A DNA stretch of 64,000 bases, taken from contig NC_135913.1 in NCBI RefSeq assembly GCF_964194155.1, positions 9,486,001-9,550,000 on the forward strand, in the 5' to 3' direction. Within the stretch, counting starts at the first letter, position 1; each line of letters starts with the position of its first letter. Position numbers and translations under genes: made by a program. Below the pieces are notes generated by a model that saw only the letters and a list, made by a program, of their open reading frames with translations, made no database searches and was not told the DNA's origin. This document shows positions 36,829 through 49,562 of the stretch, piece by piece. Source of the stretch: Cetorhinus maximus. Its lineage: Eukaryota.

Positions 36829-37164
36829 TGATTTAAATGGCTTTCCCACACCTAACTTCACTATCTTACAAGGGGCATCGGACCATTTCATGTGCATTTC
36901 CTCCTTTGAAATTTCGCCCTCACAGGCAGAGCGGCAGCATCCCTTTGGCTTCATTCCACAAATATTCTAACTGCACCAACTGTTCGCTGATTACTAGAGG
37001 CGTGTGGTGTTACAATGACATTACCCAGATATCTGCACCTGGCCTTCAAAGGCTCACCATGTAACCTCTAACCTTACTGGCTTCTTTACATTGCATCATA
37101 ATTCTCAAAACTAGCTTCCAACTTCGTGGCTTCATTCAAAGCCATGCATTGACCAAACAGGATT

Positions 37165-37229
37165 CAAATCTGAGATTCAAGTTGCCCTGTCTACTGAGGA
37201 CGCAAACTACCTAACTAAACCATGGCACT
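37165..37229 (-). pseudogene. tRNA-Thr(AGT) pseudogene
   Basis: Minus strand GTGCCATGGTTTAGTTAGGT...CAGTAGACAGG; positional paralogue of 21288. Confidence 0.6.
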
Positions 37230-37989
37230 GACAGGCAGCCGAATCTTGCAATGCAAATTTTAGAATTGGATCCAAAGTTTTTGCTGCAAGCATTATTGTT
37301 CACCTATGATGGTGCTGCATGGTGTGCGAATTTTGAACTTTCACCTGCACTGGGCCGTCAAAGCTTTGAGGATTGCATTTGTTCCGTGGAAATATTAAGT
37401 TCCAGAAATTCCATTGGGAGATACGAATAGACAGATATTGATTTCGCGAATTCAGAAACGATTTTGAATGGTGTTTGTTGGTGGAATGCGTGATACCATC
37501 CTTTTGAAATCGGGAACGCTCATTCGGAGTAATGTTCTAATTGTGTGAATCATACTGTATAGAGGTGTAATAGATCGGCCATCACAAGGTCTTCATTAAA
37601 AAGATGAAACGTTTATCCATCACCACTCTTTGCTCGATTAACTGCAGTAAAATTCATCAGTCGACACATTATTTTCCTCTTAGATATCTGCAGCAACATT
37701 TCATAGTGCTTCCTCGCGGAAACCTCAAGAAGTGATTATGATCCGACCATCTTGGTTGTATTGACAAAGAAATCCATGCTTTATGCTTTATTCGGACGTT
37801 GTGAGGTTGATTTAAACTTCATTACATCAGCTTGCATGATGTTCCTTGATTATTTTTGCTTGTCTAGACTTGTCACGTTTTTCCTTTATCCGCCATGTTA
37901 CATGCGGTCGGTTGCTGTGCTGCCATTCACAACCTCCTCTGGAGGCAAATTCTGTTTCTTTACGGTGACCATTACAACTCTCTTTGAAT

Positions 37990-38220
37990 TTGGTACCATG
38001 AAACCTTTAGCTTCCTGCTCTCCACCCTCACGGACCTTCGCGTTGGCACTTGCTTCCCCCTGCCGCACTCCATTTATTTAAAATCTGTTATGAATATACA
38101 TTCCTTCAGTGCTGACGAGAAGTCATCAATCTGAAACATTCGCTGTCTACTTCTTGACCTGCTGTGAATATACAACATTTTTCGTTCATTTATTTTCAGA
38201 TTTCCAGCAACCACGCTTTT
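37990..38220 (+). mobile_element. Penelope-derived terminal repeat with hammerhead motif (38107-38145)
   Basis: CAGTG CTGACGA ... GAAAC ATT CGCTG followed by gacctgctg...tttcagatttccagca. Confidence 0.65.
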
Positions 38221-38449
38221 CTATCTGAAGGGTGATGTAATCGGATTCAGCAAGGTCTTGAAATATCTAATTCACAGGGTGAGGAGGGATTCTGGGAATG
38301 TGGAACTCTATCCAAGGCCGGGATAATTTCCAAGAGCTACAGGCCTCCTTCTGAATGCTGGGATTCTATGATTCGCGACTTTCATTTTGACATTTATTGG
38401 GAGATTAGCAAACTGTTCACGGCACGAAGGTGATGAATGAATGAATCAG

Positions 38450-38497
38450 TGCAACTGCCTGATATTTCGAACCGAGAACTTAATGCGTGTGGAAAGG
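38450..38497 (-). pseudogene. tRNA-Val(CAC)-like 3' half relic
   Basis: Minus strand CACACGCATTAAGTTCTCGGTTCGAAA versus tRNA-Val CACACGCGAAAGGTCCCCGGTTCGAAA. Confidence 0.45.
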
Positions 38498-39669
38498 CTG
38501 CATTTGTCCATCTCGGGCCACAGAGTGGTTAAGTTGTTGCACATCAAAGTTGTACATGGGGTTCGGAGTGAAAGGTCCATCACTGCTCGCAGCATCCATC
38601 ATTGAAATGATTACCTTCTTCCTCCAGCTCCCTGACTTGAAAGTGTGTTAAATTTAATCTACCGATGCAAAGCTGGTAAACAAAAATTATATATGCAGAT
38701 CAATTAAATCATCTTGATTTGTTGGAACGTTCCCCCCCTCCCCCCAAAAGCCCCCCACCTCCGCTTGGCTGGGAACTTTGTTTCCTACTATCTCTTACTA
38801 AAATCCTCCAGTTGTTCAATGATTTTTTTTACCCAGCAAGGTACAAGGGCCAGCTCCCATTTCATCCCTTGAACTTCAGTCTCCTCCATAACGATATTTT
38901 ACTCTTGATATTTGCTTGTATTTTCCCTAAATCATGTATTTTAAACATGAGCATCTTTGGATTACTGTTCCTGAAGTGCCCCGTACCTCTCGCCTACCAC
39001 CACGCCCCTCTCCTCCCCGCCCCGCCCCACCCTTCCCACCTCCCCTCCACCACCGCCCAGTGAAGCATATTCCACGTGCTCTACGTTATCCGAGAGGTAG
39101 CCAAAGCCTTGTTTCATTCTCATTGGGCCTCAATTGTAATTGTCAATGAGCTGCTCTTGTACACTTATCAGCAATTTCAGGAAAGATTGGCTCGGAAATA
39201 AAAGAGAGCTTAAGTGGCAACATTCGTGACATAAGCTCTTACAGCACCGGAGAAATGCAGGTGAGAAATTGAATAGATGTATATAATATTACTGGGTGCA
39301 TACCACAGCTCATTAAAAATAAGTATAATTTCGAGGGTCAAGTTTGCCAGCAGTTTAGACAATGTTGCAGGAACTTCCACAGTGCAAGTAACGGTAGGCT
39401 CCTTTTATCCTTTTTATGGACTAGGATGGGCACAGTGCGAAGCGAACAGAGGGAACTGAAGTCTTGAAATGCATAAAGTAAAAAAAAATGACCATCGTGG
39501 TTCTACCCCAACAAGGTCAAATGTCAGCAGGAGCGAGATGTTAGAGGTAATGTACATGTTCAGAAGTTTATAAGCACTCGGAAGATGATTATGCCAATAG
39601 TGGATAAGTAACTTCATCCAATGGATTGCATTCGAAGAATATTGGGGTAGAGATAGGGGCAGGTCTTTA

Positions 39670-41370
39670 GAACAAAGAAGCTGGGGAGCAGGAGTAGGCC
39701 ATTCGGACATTCGAGCCTGCTCCGCTATTCAATATGCTCATGGCTGAATGATTCCGTTTCGAATTCCACATTCCCAACTAAACACGATAACTCTTGATTC
39801 ACTTGCCTAACAAGAATGTATCTACTTACGCCCTAAAAAATATCCAATGACCTCGCCTCCACCACCGCCTGAGGCAGAGTTCCAAAGTCACACAGCCTTC
39901 TGGGACGAAAGCAAATCTCCTCATAACTGTTCCAAACAGGTGATCACTAATTTAAAACAGTGCTCGTCAGTGCTGGACACTCGCTTCCTTCTTAAATTGT
40001 AGGGTTACATTTGCTAGTTTTCAGTCACATAGAACCATTCCATAATCTCGCGAATTTTGGAAAATTATGTCCAGCGTATCTACAACCTCATTAGACACTT
40101 CGTTTAACACCCTTGGATGTTATCCATCGGGATCCGGAGGCTTGTCATCTCGCAGCTCCATCAGTTTTCTCAGTACCGCTTCCCTTGTGGTTGTAATTTC
40201 TCCTCGCTCCCCTCTCCCTTTCACCTCATGATCTACAGCTATTAACGGATTGTGTTTTATATCCTCTATATTCAACAGAGAATCAACATATCTGTTCATT
40301 TCATCTGTCATTTTCTCATTATCTGCTATTAACTCCCCACTGTCACTGTCTAGAGAGCCAACAGTCACTTTACTTAATCATTTATTTTCTAAATCCCTGT
40401 ATAATCTCTTTCTGTGCATTTTTATATTTCTAGCTATCTTCCTCTCATAATAGAAATAATTTCCCCTGATTAAACTTTTAGTCATTCTTTTCCATTCTTT
40501 ATATTCTGGTCATTCATAGGACCTGTCAATCATCTTTGCGCAGTTATATGCCTTTTCATTACATTTAATGCTCTCAATAACTTCTTTAGTTAACCACGGA
40601 TACTCGGCCGTTACCTTAGAACATTTCGTTATTCTCGGAATATACTTACTCTGAATATTCTGCAATGCCCACTTAAATGTCTGCCACTGCTTCTCCATTG
40701 ATCTATTCTCTAGCTGATTAACTCGGTTCACCTCAGCTAACTCAGCATTCATGTCCGCACATTTGCCCTTTTTTAAGCTTAAGGTGCTAGTCTTGGGCCC
40801 ACTCTTCTCCCTTTTAAGTTTAATGATATTTTTTCGCTGCCACATGGAGGGTGCCTTTACTCTGAAGATATTAATTAATCTCTGTTTCATTTCACAATAC
40901 CAAGTCTAATAGAAGTTGCTCTCTGCCTGGTTCCAGAGCATGTTGCATTAAGAAATTACCTCGAAAGCATTCTAAGAGTTCCTCATTGAGGCTACCATTG
41001 CCAATCTGATTTCCGCTGTTTATACGTAGAATAAAATCCCCTGATTATCGCTGCCTCTTTATCCTAAGATCCTAATGTTTCTCCTTATACTTTGTCCTAC
41101 ATTGTCGTTACTGGTAGGGGGCCAGTCGACCACTCCTACTAGTGACTTTTCTCCTTAGTATTCCTCATCCCCACCCAAGCCGATTCTACATCCTGATCTC
41201 CTGAACCAAGGTCATTATTAACCATTGGACCAATCTTGTCAATCTTCGATTCACAGTGCTACCTCTCCACCTTTACTTAGCACCCTATTCTTCTTGAATA
41301 TCGCGTTCCTCTCAATATTAAAGGGCCAATAATTGTCATTCTGCACCAAGCTCCTGTAATTGCTATCAGA
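39670..41370 (-). mobile_element. CR1 LINE, internally deleted (endonuclease-linker plus 3' tail)
   Basis: DSGELIADNEKMTDEMNRY...DKPPDPDG; QWQTFK...PWLTKEV; tail ggagcaggagtaggccattc. Confidence 0.88.
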
Positions 41371-42257
41371 TCAATCTTCACTAGATGTGAAGGATGCGCC
41401 AGAGGAGAGGGAGAGGCAGAGAGTTTAATTATATTAGTGCATCAGCGGATGCGCTCCATGCAAATAATGAATAGATATTCTTTATTTGTGTTACGGTTTA
41501 TTACAACCTTGAATAAAAATTGCAAAAACAGTAATTTAAAAATAGACCATCATCAGTAACAGCTGCAAAGGTTCATCAACACTAATGTCAGGCTATGATC
41601 ATCTTGTCAACGTAAATTCACCAGGCTTATTGGAATTAGTTTATCACCAGCCGTGTTAGTGTCGGGTTTCCATGAGTTATTTTAGTTTGGGGTTACTATC
41701 TGTGCAGTTAGAGTAAGGTCACCACATTAGTTTTGGAGTCAGTTTATTACCACTATTGCTCCAAAATGGCAGCCGTGGTCATTGTTAGAGTATATTCAAT
41801 ATCAGTTATAACATTTTGGTTCATACGCAGTATAGTTCGAGGCGAGACATTACCTGCGATCCTTTGAGCACCAATTAAGTTTGACTTACATTCTGGATTG
41901 GCGAGGGTTTTACCAAATTAGTAAGAGATCACAATAACCTGGCGCAGTGTCCAAAAGGGTATGTTCCATTCAAATTTCACGGGGCATGCGTAGAGCACTT
42001 TCAATCCGGGATTATGTTGCTTCCACTGATTTTAACAGGTGAGATTTAATGTCCTGGTTTGCGCAATTTCCCCATTAGTGGCCGAGGCGCAGTGAACCAG
42101 AAAATCGCCAAATTGTTTGTTAAAGAACTTCAACTAATGCACAAATATTGTGTAACTTGATTTTCTCAGGGGAGCATGGATTGTTCCATAAAGGGATCTC
42201 AGATGCATTCCACTCGGAACCGTATACCTTGAGGGGATTCGGACAGGTCTGTAAAAC

Positions 42258-42321
42258 ATGGTAACAGTTCTACAGATAGAGAACATTTACTATCCTGTTC
42301 TGGCAGCATTCGGCGTTCCCG
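42258..42321 (+). pseudogene. GPR139-like GPCR paralogue 2, coding exon 1 (MVTVLQIENIYYPVLAAFGVP)
   Basis: ATG 42258, donor G|GTAAGT at 42322, phase 1, homologous to 5542-5473; CATAAA at 42187. Confidence 0.88.
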
Positions 42322-43171
42322 GTAAGTCAGTTTCACACTCTGTGGCCTGAAGGTTGTTGATAATTTCAATGTTAATGTAACAGATTTCGAGAATGACCTC
42401 ATTGGGGAGTGACATATCCATCAGGATGATTTGAGAAATATCGACGTGTATCCTGCTAATCCTTGCCACCGACGAGCGTCTGTTCTGGTCGCTAGACCGT
42501 GACAACGGGGGTTCAAGTGTCCTCCTTTTGCTGAGGCTGATTTACCCCCTATTACCCTCGAACAACTCCCCTCCCCCGTCCACCCTCTCAAGTAATAAAT
42601 CATTCACCCCAAATAGATTTGCTGTTTATCCCTGGGAATCAGTTCATTTATTCCGGGCTCCCTGTTTACTTGACGTTGGTAATTCCTCCGATTTTGGCCG
42701 CCTTCACCCAACAGGGGCTTTTGAAAGGATTTTGAGAATACATTGCAGTTCAGGGAGCTGCCAACCTCTGTTCTGCCGGCATGAACCCCACAATTGCACT
42801 ATTCGCCAAGCGGTGGTTGGGCTGTTTACTGAGGGTGACTATGGAGAATGTGTGGAATTTCTCGGCATAATTTTAATGTTTGTGCCTCGGATGAATGTTT
42901 TATTGGAATCCCCATGTGCCTATTAGTCTTCTGGAAACCATTTTGAAGACGTGGTGATTTCTGAATAACGTTTGCTGGAATTACAACGGGTCTTAGATGG
43001 TCAATCGTTTCATTTAAAAAAAAGCAAAGTTTCAGCAACACTCGTCTCTATCATGAAAATGAAAATAATCCGTGTCGATAACGCGAAATAGAGACAGATC
43101 CGAATATTTCCCAATAAAATGTTGTAACAATTGTCTTTTCGTTGCTTAACTTTTTTCTCCCTTTCTTACAG

Positions 43172-44106
43172 CCAACTTAATGACAATCGCGATTCTCTCC
43201 AGAGGGAATTGTGACCTATCGAAATGTATCTCCCTCTACATGGCCGCTATGGCCGCAGCTGATCTTCTGGTCATGATTTTCAACGTAATAATATATCGCG
43301 TTATCAGCTTTCACTTTCCGTATTCATTCCTGTCCTACACTGCCGTTTGTAAATTCATCCTGTCTTTGAATCCTGCTACCCTGGATCTCTCTGTCTGGTT
43401 TACTGTCTGCTTCACATTTGACCGATTTGTAGCTATATGTTGTCAGAACTTTAAAACAAAGTACAGCACTAAGAAAATGGCGACTGTGGTTTTAACAATA
43501 GTCTCTGTTTTGATCTATTTCGAGAACATCCCCTTTTGGTTTGCATATGAACCTGAACGAATGATTCACAATATCGCCTGGGGTTGCCTCTCCAGTGTGG
43601 CCTTTTACTCATCGCCTGCTGGTTTGGCATATTCCTGATTAAAAAGCATTTTTGTTGCTTGGCTTCCTTTTTGGTTGATATTACTGTTTAATTGTTTGAC
43701 AATCAGGCGAATTTTAGTGGCCAGCAGAGCCCGCAGGGCACTACGGGGTCACAAACATGAGAATCAGAGTGATTTAGAGATGAAGAACAGGAGAAAATCG
43801 ATTACTTTATTGTTTGGAGTATCGGGCAGTTTTCTACTGTTGTGGCTGACAGCTGTCGTTAGTTTTTTAACTACGAGATTGCCAAGTACTGCACAAACTC
43901 GAGGCGATTTTGCAACTCCTGAACACATCGCGACTGAAACCGGATGCATGCTCATGTATTTGAGTTCTTGTTCAAACACATGTATTTATGCAGCAACACA
44001 AACTAAATTCAGGGAAGAGATTAAGAAGATGATGATAATTCCCTGGACTTTGATTCTGACTATGTTTAAAAAAGAGAGAAAAAAAGAAGAAATGTTCCTC
44101 TCCTAA
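43172..44106 (+). pseudogene. GPR139-like GPCR paralogue 2, exon 2, with one in-frame TGA at 43636-43638
   Basis: Acceptor ttttctccctttcttacAG; ORFs 43180-43638 and 43675-44106 are in the same frame; TGA aligns with Trp of paralogue 1; 332 codons if read through. Confidence 0.9.
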
Positions 44107-44899
44107 CTAGTTAAATTATTGCAGGTGTTCTAAGTAATCGTCCAAGTGCGAAGTAAAAGGGTTTTTGCGAATATGACCGTGCATCAGAATACCTTTACTC
44201 CATTTGTTTTCTGCCTGCAGTTTCCCAAGACGAACCTAATCTATTCCTAATGAAACATCGCACTGTTCACTCAAAATTCAAAGCAAACAGTTGGATATAA
44301 CATATGGGTGTCAGAAATGAGTATCTCACTCCGTTGTAATGAAAATATGACACCCCGGTTTAATTAACAAACAAAGCATTCCTTATTATAGGAACAATGT
44401 TCTGCTAATAGTTATTTCTTCTGTAACGTTGTATTGATTATTGAAAAAAATTGGTCCACTATCAGTCCCCATGTGTCTCCCCACTGTCTCCTGTCCGAAT
44501 GGAATAATTACCCCGGTGAGTATTTAATGATGGGGAGAATGGAAACTTTACTCCGCAATGTTATGTTACGCATCTTTGTTTACACACATTTCAAGGAACT
44601 CTCCACCGGTTGCTACAGGACGAGCAGTATTACATTTCTTGATATATGTTCATGACTTAGACTTGGGTGCACCTAAAAATGAGGTGCCAAACTGGTGAAG
44701 CTACAACCCAGGACAACTTGCAGGCCAACTAATGGGAGAAGCACGTGATCCCACAATCAACCGATAAGATCAAAGTTTTGTACACCTGTCACATCCAGTT
44801 GTGAATGGTGACGGGCGATTAAACAGCTCACTGGAGGAAAAGGCTTCACCAATATTCCCATCCTCAATGGGGGAGGCCAGCCACGTCTGACGATTATTG

Positions 44900-46060
44900 G
44901 CTCAAACAGTCCAATTTAACTGGGTCAGACCCATTCTTAGACCATTAAAGTAGGCTTTCCCCATATTAATTATTCTTATCTGGGCTGTTCTTTGTTTTAT
45001 CCCACAGTCAGCTTAAACCTTACGATACAGTCATCACTCCTTTATACTTGATCTACTTGGCCCATCTCATTCCAAAGAATCATGTCAAGCTGTGCATCCT
45101 TTCTCACACTGGAAACACGCTGCTGTAGAACAATTTCCTGGTCACTCTAGGAATTCTTGTCCCTCTCTGCCTGTCACATTAACACTATCCAAGTCTATAT
45201 TTGGACAATTAATGTTCCCCATTATAACTACTTCATAATTCTTGCACCTCTCTGGAATTTCCTTACAAATTTGTTCGTCTCCATCTTTCCCCTAGTTGGT
45301 AGCCTATAGACTAGCAATGTAATTGCACCTTTTTTGTTCCATAGATCGAGCCATATAAATTCTGTCCTTGTCCTCTTTGGATCATCCCCTTTCTCCAGCA
45401 CTGAAATATTCTGCTTAATCATTCCAACCACCCCATTCCATTTTCTCCCTTTCCTATCTTTCCTGAATACCCTATATTCAGGAATAGTTAAGACCCAGCC
45501 CTGCCATTCGCTGAGTGAGGCCTCTGTTACTGCCACAGCACCATATTTCCACATGGCACGTGCACCTGGAACTCACCAATCTTATTTACCACACTCCATG
45601 CATTCACTAACATGCTCTGTAACCCTGATTTAGACTTTATTGTCTTCCCCCTTACTCTGTACAGACTTAATAACTTACTATTTCCTATTCTAGTGCTATA
45701 TATTTCTCCCAGTATTCCTTGGTATTCCTCTCTGATATTACCTCCTGGTTCCCACACTCCTGCCAAGTTAGTTTAAACCCTCCTCAATACCAGGAGCAAA
45801 TCACCAGGCACTCAGCTCCAGCTCTGTTTAGGTGCAATCCATCTGGCCTGTAGAGGTCCCAACTCCCTCAGAGCTGGTTACAAAGTCCCAGCAATTCTAA
45901 ATCCCTTTCCCCTGCACCATCTTTGCAGCCACTAATGCATCTGCTTACCCTCCTACTTCTGTGTTCACTTGTGCGGGATACGAGGAGTTATCCAGAGATT
46001 ACTGCTTTTCAGGCTGCGCTTGCTAATTTCTTACCTAGCTCCCTAACTTCTGTCTGCAGG
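44900..46060 (-). mobile_element. CR1 LINE 5' part of ORF2 (APE endonuclease)
   Basis: LVNAWSVVNKIGE, VAVTEASL, IPEYRVFRKDRKG, LLVYRLP. Confidence 0.88.
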
Positions 46061-46109
46061 GAAACAGTCTCAGTATAGGCTACTGAACTTTAGGGACTGA
46101 TGCTTCACT

Positions 46110-46870
46110 TAAGGGGTTATGAATCTTTGGAATTCTCTATCCCAGAGGGTTGTGGATCTCCATCGTTGAATAAATAATTCTAAGGCTGAGAGAGACAGAT
46201 TTTTGTTCCCTCATGGGATTGAGCAACATGGGGAGTGTGTGGGAAAGTGGAGTTGAAGCCCTCGGTCACCCATGATCATATTGTCTGAGCAGGCTATTCC
46301 GGCTCCTATTTCTTTGTTCTTGTGCAGCAAGACCTGGAGAATTTGTAGGCTTGGCCTGATAAGTGGCAAGTAACAAATGCACCACACAAGAGCCAGGCAA
46401 TTACCATCTCCAACAAGAGAGAATCTAACCTCACCACCACTCCACCACCACCGCCCTCCCTCCTACACCATAGGCTGGGAATTCTGCAGTGAGTAACTCA
46501 CCTCCTGACATCCCAAAATCTCTTAACTATCTAGACGGGCACAAGTCAGGAATATGTAGGAATGCTCTCCACTTGCCTGGATCAGTGCAGCTCTAACAAC
46601 AATCAAGAAGCTCGACACCATCCAGGGCAAATGAGTATGCTTGAACAGAATCCCATTGACCAACTTAACATCCATTCCCTCCACCACCGACCCACATTGG
46701 CGGCAGCATCACACCAAGACTCCTTCAACAGCAACTTCCAAAACCGTGGCCTCTACCACCTGGAAGGACAAGGTCAGCAGATGCATTAGAAACTGCAAGT
46801 GCCCCTTGAAGTCACACACCATCCTGACTTGGAACTATATCACCGTCCCTGCACTGTCACCTGGTCAAAA
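46110..46870 (+). mobile_element. CR1 3' end followed by a CR1/L2-clade LINE fragment
   Basis: CR1 tail to about 46320, then QQDL...WPDKWQV and LNIHSLHHR. Confidence 0.8.
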
Positions 46871-47079
46871 TGTGCAAGTGAAGCTTGAGATTCAACATAC
46901 AGACGTGTTCCATATGAGTCTTTACTTAGACACCCATTTAATATAATTAATCTTCCACCTTGTGCCTTGTTCCACCATTTCTTTGAATGTCCTGAACATT
47001 TCCCTGGAACCGTTACCACTTGAGGCAAAAACGTTGGAAATAAATTGAACTCATTCTGTGTTGTCCTTCCATTGTCACC

Positions 47080-49330
47080 CTTTGCAGGAGGCAGTGAACT
47101 GTTAAAGTCCCAGTAATGTCCTTAAAATAATGGTGAAAGGTTAATTTTGTGATGCACCATCTTAAAATTCATTGAAGACACATACACAGCAAGGTGATAT
47201 GTCACAACAAAATATAACCCTGTGAAACCCAAGTGCAATGAGATGAACCTTTTAAAGTGATGATGATGGGGGCTCCTCCATTGCACTCCCCCTGCGCTGT
47301 CAGCTGAGGTGGAGGCAGGGTGCTGACCTTTCTCCTCCGAGGATTTCAATGACCATGGTGGTTGTCCTCTGGTTCCCTGAGGTCTGGATGGCCCCAGCAT
47401 ACTGAGGGCCTCCTGCACAGATACTGGAATCGGCTCTGTTATCGTGGGTTTGTGAGGTGCTGGTGTTCCGGTCAGAGCAGTGGAGGACCCGCTGCCAAAT
47501 CCAGAAGCACCCTGAGAGGAGCCCCCAGATGCTACAGGCAGTCACTCCTATACACTTTCAGGGCACACTGGACCCTCCCTGCTCACCTGAGGAGTCCGAG
47601 GACTTGGTGGTGACTCCAGTCACCTCACCCCTTCTCACCCAGCCATTGCCCATGGAGGTGGTGATGACATGCAGGTCAGTGTGTATCTCCAATCGTTGGT
47701 CTGCTGGATTGACTGTCGATCAAGGTCACCAATCTCTCAGTACAGGATGCCTAGGGCACTCATGCCCAGGACACAGCAATACCTATAGCTTGGATTAACT
47801 CCTACATCCTTTGTGTCTGGTTGCACACAGCTTCTTTATGTTAACGTACCTCATGCTGCAGTTCCAACATCTGCTGGCTTGTGCGTCTTCAGGAGCCAGT
47901 GAACTGTTAAAGGCCCAGTAGTGTCCTTCAAATAATGGTGAAAGATTTTGTGATGCACCATCTTAAAATTCATTGAAGACACATACAGTACACATAGCGT
48001 CTTCAACGCTAGTGACATGTCATCAGCCTGAAGCTTGACATTGCCTTTCCCTCCCGGCTGTGAGTGACCTTGGTTATTACTGTCTCCATCAGCTGCTCGG
48101 GCGTGTCTGTGCCGTTCACCAGATTGTGACTCCTTTACTAATGAAATGTGACTATCTCCCGACGTGATAATACCTGCACTGGTGGAGAGTGCGAGGGGAA
48201 TAATGTGCACCCTCTGAGGTCCCCTTCTCGTCCTCAGAGGTGGATGGCTGTCACCCGGTCACAGCCCTCTATCTGTGAAAGAAAAACTAGTGTTTCTAGG
48301 GAAATGTTTGTTTTGTGCTCGCCAGAGGGTCTCCTGTGTTCATCCATTAGGACACTCATTCTCTCAGCTCCACAACCCATCTCAACATCAGTGATTGCCC
48401 GCCCTTCCTCCAGATCTCCCAGTTCATGTGTCTGAATTTCCATGGGTGTAAGGATGAGGAGATCTGGGGTACAGTGACCCATCTTGGCTCAGGCCCTCTC
48501 GTCAGCTGTTTACATCTGCAAGCAGAGAAATCTTTATGAAACTCACCCATCAAAGAGACACACTAGCCTATACTGGTGGCAGCCTGACTGTCCCGCATGG
48601 CACCACATGCATGTCTCCTGCATGCAGCACTCATCAGCGTGCAACCCTTGATCTGTCTTCTGCCATTTCAGCTCTTCACTCAGTAACCAGGGCTCCCTCG
48701 CTAATCCCTCCAGAGCTGCTGTGTTTGAAAGTACTGCTGGCTGCCTTTACAGATGGCGCCAGCATTGTCTGAACCGGGACGTCCCCTGTCTGCACCACCG
48801 AAGTGGACGGCTCCTCCCACCTGTCAGCTCTGATAATATCGCATTGGTAACTCTGACTACCCTGACCCTACGTCCAAACACCCACTTACGGAGGATGGGG
48901 AGGCCTGGGGGCTGGACAGTAGGCGATTGGGGTGTCAGGGACTGAGGGCTGGAGGGAGGTCCTGCGGCCACTGGACCTTGGTGGGGCAGCTGGGGGCGAG
49001 GGGGATGGGGGATGTCCGAGGTTATAAGGGGGGCTTCTGATGGAGACACTTCCCCACCCCCGGCCCCTTCCGCCAATGGCCTGAACCCGGTTATTTTTGG
49101 GCTTCCACCAGACCCAGAAACTCCTCCCGCCAACCTAAAAATTGAGGCTGGGTGGGAAAGGGCCCTCAGGTGATCAATAATTGGCCACTTAAGGGCCTCA
49201 ACTGGGGTGAGGGCGGGTGGCCCGTCTGAGACCTCACCCACCCCAGCGTCAATCGCTGAGAGGTCTCGGCTGGTGGGAAACCCAGCCCAAAAATTTTACT
49301 CTCACCCATTGCTTAAAAACCCCCTGGCGG
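47080..49330 (-). mobile_element. Decayed PIF/Harbinger element with Myb/SANT (NAIF1/MYPOP-like) ORF remnants
   Basis: MAEDRSRVAR start and spliced exon TPDLLILTPMEIQTHELG...GRAITDVEMG, resembling GGG.PDL..LTP.EE; GC-rich hairpin-rich end near 49040-49300. Confidence 0.6.
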
Positions 49331-49562
49331 GTGAGCTTAAAATTCAAACTGTTATCTCTAATTCTTTCCTCACATATAGTGTCTGACTCGCTGAGTATTT
49401 CCAGCATTTTCTATTTATATTTCAGATTTTCATCATCAATAGTATTTTCCCTCTATATAATGGGGTGTCTCACACTGAACATTACTATTGTCATTAATAG
49501 CGTTCCCTCGGACACCAGAGATTTACCCTGATTCCTGTTGGTTTTCTCTCCCTTGTCTCCAG

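Larger units (their letters stand above)
36560..37745 (-). repeat. Inverted copy D of the tRNA-cluster unit
   Basis: Reverse complement aligns with 21100-22280 (cctttggcttcattccacaaatattctaa). Confidence 0.85.

Noticed and set aside
43636-43638. Selenocysteine recoding of the in-frame TGA
   Set aside because: The position aligns to Trp, not Cys, and I saw no SECIS-like element downstream
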